Assembly: GCA_017934475.1 (NCBI GenBank)
Contig: JAGBJN010000003.1
Location: forward strand, 1,839 to 65,838
DNA: 64,000 nt
DNA from: Clostridia bacterium
Lineage (GTDB): Bacteria > Bacillota > Clostridia > TANB77 > CAG-508
Direction: 5' to 3'
The position numbers and the translations under genes are program-made. Below are positions 47,191-55,195 of the stretch, in pieces (the stretch's first letter is position 1; each line of letters begins with the position of its first letter). The notes under the pieces are model-generated. The model did no database searches, had not been told where the DNA came from, and worked only from the letters and a program-made list of their open reading frames with translations.

Positions 47191-48522
47191 ATGGTTAAAG
47201 TTATTACATATGGAACATATGATTTATTACATTATGGACATATAAGATTATTAGAAAGAGCAAAAGCTTTAGGCGATTATTTAATAGTTGGAGTAACATC
47301 AGATGATTTTGATAGAACTAGAGGAAAAATAAATGTACAACAATCCCTTGCAGAAAGAATTGAAGCTGTAAAATCAACTGGGCTAGCAGATCAAATTATT
47401 GTGGAAGAATATGAAGGACAAAAAATAGATGACATTAAAAGATATGGTGTTGATATTTTTACTGTTGGTTCAGATTGGGAAGGACAATTCGATTATTTGA
47501 AGGATTATTGTAAGATAATATATTTAGAAAGAACTGAAGGGATATCAAGTTCAGATATAAGAAGTAAAGAACGAGAGCTAACAATGGGAATTGTTGGAGA
47601 TTATGCAAGTTACATTAATAAATTTCAACAGGAAGATAAATATGTTAACGGAATAAAAATAGTAGGAATTTGTACAGAAAATTTGGAAGAAATGAATAAA
47701 AATATAAAAACTTTTCCTGTTATAACAAAGAGTTACAATGAATTATTAAAGAGCGTTGACTCTGTATATGTAAGTGCTAACTTAGAGAATCGTTATGAAC
47801 TTATAAAACATGCGTTAGATGAAAATAAACATGTGTTATCTGCTTCTCCAATGTGTCAAAATGAAAAAGAATTAAAAGAACTTTTTGACTTAGCTAATAA
47901 TAAAAAATTAATTTTGATGGAAGGGGTAAAAACAGCGTACTCAACAGCTTATTCCAGATTATTATTACTTGTAAAAGCAGGACAAATTGGAAAAGTTATT
48001 TCAATAGATGTTACATGCACTGATATGAGATACTCTAGTGATAAAGATTATAAAATGAAAAGTTTTGAAAGATGGGGATCAAATGCACTATTACCAATTT
48101 TTCAAATATTAGGTACTGATTATAAAAATCATAGAATAATAGCCCATTTTTCTGATAGTCAAAAATCTCAGGATGAATTTACAAAAATTGATTTTATATA
48201 TGATAATGCGGTTGCTTCATTAAAGGTAGCTGAAGGGGCAAAATCAGAGGGAGAGTTAATTATTACAGGAACAAAAGGTTATATATATGTCCCTGCACCA
48301 TGGTGGAAAACAGATTATTTTGAAATCAGATTTGAAAATCAAAATGATAATAGAAGATTTTTTTATCAATTAGATGGTGAAGGAATAAGATATGAACTTT
48401 TAGCTTTTACAAGATCAATTCAAGAAGAAAAAAAAATAGAATATATAGATGAAAAAACTTCTATATCAATATCAAAAATTGCAAGAGAAATAAAAGAAAA
48501 TAAAAATGTAATTGAAATATGA
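47191..48522 (+). CDS. Bifunctional cytidylyltransferase (TagD-like) / Gfo-Idh-MocA oxidoreductase
   Basis: N-terminus GTYDLLHYGHIRLLERA and RTEGISSSDIR. The C-terminal half has an oxidoreductase-like fold pattern. Confidence 0.85.
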   Translation: MVKVITYGTYDLLHYGHIRLLERAKALGDYLIVGVTSDDFDRTRGKINVQQSLAERIEAVKSTGLADQIIVEEYEGQKIDDIKRYGVDIFTVGSDWEGQFDYLKDYCKIIYLERTEGISSSDIRSKERELTMGIVGDYASYINKFQQEDKYVNGIKIVGICTENLEEMNKNIKTFPVITKSYNELLKSVDSVYVSANLENRYELIKHALDENKHVLSASPMCQNEKELKELFDLANNKKLILMEGVKTAYSTAYSRLLLLVKAGQIGKVISIDVTCTDMRYSSDKDYKMKSFERWGSNALLPIFQILGTDYKNHRIIAHFSDSQKSQDEFTKIDFIYDNAVASLKVAEGAKSEGELIITGTKGYIYVPAPWWKTDYFEIRFENQNDNRRFFYQLDGEGIRYELLAFTRSIQEEKKIEYIDEKTSISISKIAREIKENKNVIEI

Positions 48523-48824
48523 TTAATAAAGTAAAATGTGTGGGAATAGTATTTTGCGAAGCATGTGCATATTCATTACCATCAATTACATATGCTACAG
48601 GGGGAACACCTGATTATGTAATTAATGATATTAATGGATATGGTATTTCTTTAAATAAGTCAGGAGAAGAATTTGCTAATTCAGTGATCAAGATTATGAA
48701 TGAAAAGAATAAATTAGAAGAAATGAAATACAACGCTAGAAAAATGTATGAACAAGATTTAAATTGGAAACATTTTGGTGAAAAGTTAGAAGATATAATT
48801 AATAGTTTAATAATCAAAGATTAA
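48519..48824 (+). pseudogene. C-terminal remnant (about 95 aa) of a GT4 glycosyltransferase
   Basis: Only the last third of a GT-B enzyme is present: GIVFCEACAYSLPSITYATGGTPDYVINDINGYG. There is no N-terminal half upstream. Confidence 0.65.
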
Positions 48825-48836
48825 AGGGAGTACAAT

Positions 48837-50007
48837 ATGAAAATAGCAGTAGCAGGAACAGGTTATGTAGGTTTAAGTTTAGCAACATTATTAAGTAAAA
48901 ATAATGAAGTAGTTGCCTTAGATGTTATACCTGAAAAAAATAAAAAAAATAAATAACAGAATATCTCCACTAAGAGATGAATACATAGAAAAGTATTTTA
49001 AAGAATATGACTTAAATTTAAAAGCAACTTTAGATTATAAAGAGGCTTTTAAAGGTGCTAATTTTGTAATAATAAGTACACCTACTAATTATGATGTTGA
49101 GAAGAACTACTTCGATACGTCAAGTGTTGAAGATGTAATTCAAAAAGTACTTACTATGAATGATGACAATATTACAATGGTTGTAAAATCTACAATACCA
49201 GTAGGATTTATTGAATATGCTAGAAAAAAATATAATACTAGTAATCTATTCTTTTCACCAGAATTTTTAAGAGAAGGAAAGGCATTATATGACAATTTAT
49301 ATCCTTCTAGAATAATTGTTGGAGATAAAAGTAAAAAAGGGCAAGCGTTTGCAAAATTATTATTAGATAGTTCTGAAAAAAAGGATGCACCGGTTCTATA
49401 TATGGATAGTACTGAGGCAGAAGCAGTTAAACTTTTTGCAAATACATATTTAGCAATGAGAGTTGCATATTTTAATGAGCTTGATACATATGCTATTGCA
49501 AAAGGATTAAATGCTAAAGATATAGTTGAAGGCATTTCTTTAGATCCTAGAATTGGAAACTATTATAATAATCATTCTTTTGGATATGGTGGATATTGTT
49601 TTCCGAAAGATACAAAGCAACTATTAGCAAATTACAAAGATATCCCTCAAAATTTAATAGAAGCAGTTGTAAAAGCAAATAAAACTAGAAAAGATTTTAT
49701 TACAGAAGATATAATAAAAACAAATCCAGAAGTAGTTGGCGTATATAGATTAACAATGAAGGCTGAATCTGATAATTTTAGATTTAGTGCTATACAAGAT
49801 ATTATTAAAAATTTAAAAAATAATAATATTAAAGTTGTTATTTATGAACCTACGTTAAATGATAGTGAATTTAATGGAATAGAGGTTGTAAATGATATAT
49901 ATGATTTTAAACAAAAATCTTCTATTATACTTGCAAATAGAATGGAAGATGTAATAAGTGATGTAAAAGATAAAGTATATACAAGAGATTTATTTAGTAG
50001 AGATTAA
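48837..50007 (+). pseudogene. ugd: UDP-glucose 6-dehydrogenase, frameshifted in a poly-A tract (48934..48940)
   Basis: ATG 48837 encodes [19 protein letters not shown]...ALDVIPEK and stops at 48952. The rest ([16 protein letters not shown]...[14 protein letters not shown]) continues in the +1 frame as ORF 48922..50007. One A fewer in the A7 run restores about 390 aa. Confidence 0.85.
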
Positions 50008-50053
50008 CAGATATAAAGAATGTAAATTTTTTAATAAGAAAGGTAGAATTAAT

Positions 50054-50569
50054 TTGATTTTTCCAAGAGATTGTAGTGCAAGAGCAATTGGGTCGAAAGC
50101 TAGAGCGATTTTTCCAAATAAACTAAACTTAAATCATTGGGAGTTTCATGATTTGACAGGAACAGATCATGGAACTGATATGATAATTGAATATATTGAA
50201 GATGAAGAATTTAAAAATAATAAAATAGAATGTCAAATTAAAGGAACTATGAACTTAAAAAAAATGATAAAGAAAGATCATATCTCTTTTAGTTTAGATG
50301 TAAAAACAATCAATTATGCATTAAATTGTAAATATGCTTTTATATTATTTGTTGTGGATGTTAATTGTGAAGATGTTTATTATATAGCTATTCAAGATTA
50401 TTTTATAGCTAATCCAGATTGCTTTGAAAAATTAAAAAATAATACTAATTCAATGAGCATTTTTTTTTCAGCTAAGGATAAATTAGATGAAGAAAATGAT
50501 TATGAGTTAATACAGTGTGCGAAATCTGTATACATAAGGAAAAAAGAGGATGAAATCATAAAAATGTAA
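50054..50569 (+). CDS. DUF4365-like small protein (171 aa)
   Basis: The pattern W.F......DHGTDMIIEY...IECQIKGT...SF.L....INYAL......ILFVVD resembles DUF4365. TTG start. Confidence 0.55.
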   Translation: MIFPRDCSARAIGSKARAIFPNKLNLNHWEFHDLTGTDHGTDMIIEYIEDEEFKNNKIECQIKGTMNLKKMIKKDHISFSLDVKTINYALNCKYAFILFVVDVNCEDVYYIAIQDYFIANPDCFEKLKNNTNSMSIFFSAKDKLDEENDYELIQCAKSVYIRKKEDEIIKM

Positions 50570-50627
50570 AAAAAAGAGCTGAATGGAAAAGAAATTTTTA
50601 CAAATAAGTAAATAAAATGAGAAATAC

Positions 50628-50655
50628 TTGAAAAAAAAGAAAAAGATGTTATAAT
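50628..50655 (+). promoter_or_regulatory. Candidate sigma-A promoter for gmd
   Basis: TTGAAA, 16 nt, TATAAT, with an extended -10 TG. Confidence 0.5.
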
Positions 50656-50707
50656 AGATAGTATATTATAACTTAATGTTGAAAAATGGAAACTAAAAGG
50701 AGAAAAA

Positions 50708-51742
50708 ATGAAAAAAGCATTAATTACAGGAATAACAGGGCAAGATGGTTCATACTTAGCAGAATTTTTACTAGAGAAGGGATATGAAGTACATGGAATA
50801 GTACGTAGAGCATCTATTTCAAATACAGGTAGAATAGATCATATAATTGATAAATTATTTTTACATGATGGAGATTTATCAGATTCATCAAGTATAATAA
50901 AATTAGTTAAAGAAATTGAACCAGATGAAATATATAATTTGGCTGCACAAAGCCATGTTGGTACAAGTTTTGATGCTGCAGAATATACTGGTGATATTGA
51001 CGCGTTAGGTGTTTTAAGAATATTAGAAGCAGTACATATGCTAGGATTAGAAAGCAAATGTAGAATTTATCAAGCATCTACATCTGAATTATATGGAAAA
51101 GTAGAAGAATGTCCACAAAATGAAAATACACCATTCCACCCATATAGCCCATATGCTGTTGCAAAACAATATGGATTTTGGATTATAAAAGAATATAGAG
51201 AAGCTTACAATATGTTTGCTTGTAATGGTATATTATTTAATCATGAATCTGAAAGAAGAGGAGAAAACTTTGTAACAAGAAAAATAACTCTTGCTGCAGG
51301 TAGAATTGCTGAAGGTTTACAAGATCACCTAGAACTTGGAAATTTAGATTCGTTAAGAGATTGGGGATATGCTAAAGACTACGTAGAATGTATGTGGCTT
51401 ATTCTACAAGCAGAAAAACCAGATGATTTTGTTATTGCAACAGGTGTGCAACATACAGTTCGTGACTTTACTGAAAAAGCATTTGCAGAAAATGGAATGA
51501 AGATTAGATGGGAAGGTTCTGGATTAGATGAAAAAGGCTATGATGCTGAAACAGGAAAAATGCTAGTATGTGTTAATCCTAAATTCTTTAGACCAACAGA
51601 TGTTGTAAATTTATGGGGAAATCCTACAAAAGCTAAAGAGCAACTTGGATGGAACCCACAAACTACAAGTTATGAAGAATTAATTCATATAATGGCAGTA
51701 CATGATAGAGAGCTTGCTAAAAAAGAAAAATTGATGAAATAA
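50708..51742 (+). CDS. gmd: GDP-mannose 4,6-dehydratase
   Basis: [39 protein letters not shown] and NHESERRG motifs. Confidence 0.96.
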   Translation: MKKALITGITGQDGSYLAEFLLEKGYEVHGIVRRASISNTGRIDHIIDKLFLHDGDLSDSSSIIKLVKEIEPDEIYNLAAQSHVGTSFDAAEYTGDIDALGVLRILEAVHMLGLESKCRIYQASTSELYGKVEECPQNENTPFHPYSPYAVAKQYGFWIIKEYREAYNMFACNGILFNHESERRGENFVTRKITLAAGRIAEGLQDHLELGNLDSLRDWGYAKDYVECMWLILQAEKPDDFVIATGVQHTVRDFTEKAFAENGMKIRWEGSGLDEKGYDAETGKMLVCVNPKFFRPTDVVNLWGNPTKAKEQLGWNPQTTSYEELIHIMAVHDRELAKKEKLMK

Positions 51743-51761
51743 AACTAAAGGAGTTAGCAGT

Positions 51762-52079
51762 ATGGATTATGAACATAATAAGGAAATAATGGAATTAATA
51801 AAAAATATAAAAGAGATAAATGAACAGATGTATAATCCAAACGAAAAAATTAGAAAAATTCTAATGGAAATTCAAGAAAAAATGAAAGAAGAAAGTTCTA
51901 CATTTGAATTAATAAGTGTTAATGGAGATATATCTAAAATTACAACAATAGACAATATAGATATTAATATTTTGTATAGTAAGTTACCGTTTTATAAATC
52001 TTTATGTGAGGCAAAATTATTAGAAAAATGTGGTAGAAAACTATATGATGAAATCTGCAAAAAAGAAAATATAAAATAA
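51762..52079 (+). CDS. Hypothetical 105-aa protein
   Basis: ORF with RBS AAGGAG, 19 nt after gmd. No recognisable motif. Confidence 0.5.
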   Translation: MDYEHNKEIMELIKNIKEINEQMYNPNEKIRKILMEIQEKMKEESSTFELISVNGDISKITTIDNIDINILYSKLPFYKSLCEAKLLEKCGRKLYDEICKKENIK

Positions 52080-52129
52080 AAAGACAATAAGTTAAATATT
52101 TTAAATTATTTAAGGAGAATAAGTTAAAA

Positions 52130-52626
52130 TTGATAAAAAATGAAAAATTAATTGAAATTGTAAATAAAGCGTTAGATGTTCTATATAGTAAGGATAAAGT
52201 ATTAATAAAAAATGAAGTCCAAGAAGAATCTATAGTCTCGAAATTTTCAAGATATTTAGAAAGAATACTAGAAAAGGAAAATTTATTAGAAAATAATTTA
52301 AGTGTTGATAATGAATATAATAGAGATATTTTAAGTGAATCAGGGTATAAGGAAATTATATATGATGGAAAAAAAGCAAGGTAAAACCGGATGTTATATT
52401 TCATGAAAGGGAAACAAACAGCCATAATATACTAGTAATAGAGTTCAAAAAAATTAAAAATACAAATAAAGAATCAAGAAGAAGGGATGAACTCAAATTG
52501 AATGTATTTACAAACGATTCATTAAGTTATCGATATCAATTGGGATTATTTATAGATTTAACGCCTAAAAGGGAGAATGTTATAATGAAGTATTTTATTA
52601 ATGGGAAAATGGTAAAAAAAATATAA
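52130..52626 (+). pseudogene. PD-(D/E)xK-type (restriction-endonuclease-like) protein, frameshifted in an A7 tract (52369..52375)
   Basis: ORF 52130..52384 ends at TAA. The -1 frame continues KPDVIFHERETNSHNILVIEFKK... to a stop at 52624..52626. The D...E.K arrangement (PDVIF / VIEFKK) is the nuclease core motif. One extra A would fuse the two parts. Confidence 0.6.
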
Positions 52627-52644
52627 ATTATAAAAATGATGAAG

Positions 52645-52685
52645 AAAAAGAAAAGAGATAGTTAAACTATCTCTTTTCTTTTTGT
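52645..52685. terminator. Bidirectional rho-independent terminator
   Basis: GAAAAGAGATAGT taa ACTATCTCTTTTC, flanked by A-runs and T-runs. Confidence 0.85.
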
Positions 52686-52798
52686 CTTCTTTTTGTGTCG
52701 CAGTTGACATAAGCCACTCGACTTTGTAATTTAATTATAATATATATTATGATTTTTGTCAAATAAATTATACTAAAATTACAAAAAAACTTAAAAAA

Positions 52799-53554
52799 CT
52801 ATTTGACATACAATTGTTTTATTTTTTCATTTATTAAATCTAAACTTTCATCTGAAAGTCTTAAACCAGATAATATATCATATTTTTTTTGAGGGTCTAG
52901 TATTTTTTGTTTGCTTATAGTTGTTATTTGACTAACTAATGCTACACTACCTTTTTTCATTTTAGACATTTGTGTATACATTTTCATTAAAAAATTTAAT
53001 TCTTTTAAGGCTTCTTCAATTTTTTGTTGGTCAGATTGTTTTTTTAATACGGAATCAACTTTTGAAATAAATTCTGCTTCTAGCATATCATATTTTTCTT
53101 TAAAATTGTTGTAAATTTCATCTTTTAAGAAAACTGATGAAAAGTGCATGTCCTTTCCTTTATATGAAGTTAATGGAACAACTGTTATTATTCCAGAAGA
53201 TTTCGGATTATTTTTATCCAAAACAACACAATAATGTAAACCGCTTTCCTCATTTCCAATATTATAACCTAAATTTACTTTTATAATGTCTCCTCTATTA
53301 TATGTTTTTAAGTAGTTAGGTTTAAAATCTTCTTTGAAATTCATATATCTACAGAAATCTTCAATCCAATATGCAAGATCGTCTGCATTAGAAATTGTAT
53401 CAGGATTATCAGTATAATTTGTCATTAATTTCTTTAATTGAATTAATGAAGATTCAACATGTGAAAGAGTTGCATCTTTTTTGTTTTTATCATTTGTATT
53501 TTCAATTTTTTCTATATCATTTTCATTGTTTACTAAATTTTCCATTGACCACAT
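52799..53554 (-). CDS. Long (251 aa) PemK/MazF-like toxin-fold protein with N- and C-terminal helical extensions
   Basis: The core YNRGDIIKVNLGYNIGNEESGLHYCVVLDKNNPKSSGIITVVPLTS aligns by eye with the MazF/EndoA pattern RGD....D....G.E..G.RP..V......(V)..PLT. Confidence 0.65.
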   Translation of the reverse strand: MWSMENLVNNENDIEKIENTNDKNKKDATLSHVESSLIQLKKLMTNYTDNPDTISNADDLAYWIEDFCRYMNFKEDFKPNYLKTYNRGDIIKVNLGYNIGNEESGLHYCVVLDKNNPKSSGIITVVPLTSYKGKDMHFSSVFLKDEIYNNFKEKYDMLEAEFISKVDSVLKKQSDQQKIEEALKELNFLMKMYTQMSKMKKGSVALVSQITTISKQKILDPQKKYDILSGLRLSDESLDLINEKIKQLYVK

Positions 53555-53647
53555 CTCCTTAAATTTGTATAATTATATTACCTTTTCATTGAAAATACAA
53601 TAGTTGTTTATAAATAAGGTAAAAACTATATAAGTAAAAAATGTATT

Positions 53648-53723
53648 TATATAAGGATTAGGAAAGAAGTCTTCGGACGGTGCTTAAAAAACGTAGATTT
53701 TTAAATTTGCTCTTTTTCTTTTT
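53648..53723 (+). repeat. Copy A of a conserved ~75-nt element (cUUCGg hairpin plus terminator-like hairpin and T-tract), upstream of galE
   Basis: Near-identical to 56312..56386. GTC-TTCG-GAC hairpin, then GTAGATTT/AAATTTGC stem (with G-U pairs), then CTCTTTTTCTTTT. Confidence 0.7.
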
Positions 53724-53732
53724 GGCATTTAT

Positions 53733-53761
53733 TTGACTTAAAAGACATAATTATATATAAT
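53733..53761 (+). promoter_or_regulatory. Candidate sigma-A promoter for galE
   Basis: TTGACT, 17 nt, TATAAT. Confidence 0.5.
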
Positions 53762-53787
53762 GAAAAAATAAAGGGGTGTTTGTTTAA

Positions 53788-54795
53788 ATGTCAGTATTAG
53801 TTACAGGTGGTGCAGGTTATATTGGTAGCCATACAGTAATTGAATTATTAAATTCAGGGAAAGAAGTAGTTATTATAGATAATTTTTCTAATAGTAAAAA
53901 TGATTCTTTAAATGCTATTAAAGAAATAACAGGGAAAGATTTCAAGTTTTATAATATAAACTATTTAGATAGAGAAGCATTAGAAAAAGTATTTATTGAA
54001 AATCCTGATATAGATAGTGTACTTAACTTTGCAGGATATAAAGCAGTAGGAGAATCAGTTGCAAAACCAATTGAATATTATATAAATAATATATCTGGTG
54101 CATTAGTATTACTAGATACTATGAGAAAATATAATGTTAAGAAATTTATATTTAGTTCTTCTGCAACAGTATATGGTAACCCTGAAACTATTCCCATTAC
54201 AGAAGAATGTAAAGTTGGTGGAACAACTAATCCATATGGTACTACTAAACTATATATAGAACAAATATTAAAAGATTTATATAATTCTGATAATACATGG
54301 GATATAGCGATACTACGTTATTTTAATCCAGTTGGTGCACATGAAAGTGGATTAATTGGAGAAGAACCAAAAGGAATACCAAATAATTTAATGCCTTATG
54401 TTGTACGTGTTGCTGCAGGAATATTACCTGAACTTTCTGTATTTGGAAATGATTATGATACTCATGATGGAACAGGAGTAAGAGATTATATACATGTAGT
54501 AGATTTAGCAAAAGGACATATAAAAGCATTAGAAAAATTAGAAAGAGAAAATTCTGGATTATTTATATATAATTTAGGTACAGGTATAGGTTATAGTGTA
54601 CTTGATATGGTAAAAGCTTTTGAAAAAGCAACAGGTAAAGAAGTAAAATATAAAATAGTAGAAAGAAGACCAGGAGATATTGCAACATGTTATTCTAACC
54701 CTGCAAAAGCACAAAGAGAATTGGGATGGAAAGCAGAGAAAACACTTGAAGACATGTGTAGAGATTCTTGGAAATTTATTGAAAATAAGATATAA
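53788..54795 (+). CDS. galE: UDP-glucose 4-epimerase
   Basis: [26 protein letters not shown] and a C-terminus typical of GalE. Confidence 0.95.
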   Translation: MSVLVTGGAGYIGSHTVIELLNSGKEVVIIDNFSNSKNDSLNAIKEITGKDFKFYNINYLDREALEKVFIENPDIDSVLNFAGYKAVGESVAKPIEYYINNISGALVLLDTMRKYNVKKFIFSSSATVYGNPETIPITEECKVGGTTNPYGTTKLYIEQILKDLYNSDNTWDIAILRYFNPVGAHESGLIGEEPKGIPNNLMPYVVRVAAGILPELSVFGNDYDTHDGTGVRDYIHVVDLAKGHIKALEKLERENSGLFIYNLGTGIGYSVLDMVKAFEKATGKEVKYKIVERRPGDIATCYSNPAKAQRELGWKAEKTLEDMCRDSWKFIENKI

Positions 54796-54824
54796 ATAGA
54801 ATAATGTATTTTTAATATGAAAAT

Positions 54825-54886
54825 AAAAAAGACAAACTTTGTGAACAAAATAGGGTTCACTTCATTGTATAAGTTTGTCTTTTTTT
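54825..54886 (+). terminator. Long compound terminator after galE
   Basis: Outer stem AAAAAAGACAAACTT / AAGTTTGTCTTTTTT and inner stem GTGAAC / GTTCAC, followed by a T-run. Confidence 0.75.
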
Positions 54887-54911
54887 GACGTATTTACTCG
54901 AAATGTTTTGT

Positions 54912-54940
54912 TTGACAGTTACCATAAAATATGATATGAT
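54912..54940 (+). promoter_or_regulatory. Candidate sigma-A promoter with no ORF for about 250 nt downstream
   Basis: TTGACA, 17 nt, TATGAT, with an extended -10 TG. Confidence 0.4.
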
Positions 54941-55102
54941 TTTTTAAAAATAAATTAAAGTTATAACTTATTTCAATATTTATTTTTATCAAGGAAATTT
55001 ACTTTCTTTTTTTTATACCATGTGAATTTCTAAAATCAAATTAAATAAAAAATTTTTACACAAGAATTGATTGTGTTTATTAATGTTGCGTATTTTTTAT
55101 AA

Positions 55103-55180
55103 TTTTCCAGACAGTGTTTGGAAAAATTGTGAAGGTATTTTATGATAAAGTTTGAAATTTTTGCGACACTGTCGCAAAAA
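55103..55180 (+). promoter_or_regulatory. Two related 23-bp palindromes in the DUF1016 gene leader
   Basis: TTTTCCAGACAgTGTTTGGAAAA (55103..55125) and TTTTTGCGACAcTGTCGCAAAAA (55158..55180). Each is followed by AATTGT(G)AAGG. Confidence 0.6.
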
Positions 55181-55186
55181 TTGTAA
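55142..55186 (+). CDS. Possible 14-codon upstream ORF (MIKFEIFATLSQKL) whose stop overlaps the RBS of the DUF1016 gene
   Basis: GAAGG lies 6 nt before the ATG. TAA 55184..55186 sits inside TAAGGAGG. The peptide mimics the internal segment FEILQTLSAKL of the downstream protein, so it may simply be a gene-fragment relic. Confidence 0.3.
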   Translation: MIKFEIFATLSQKL

Positions 55187-55195
55187 GGAGGATTT

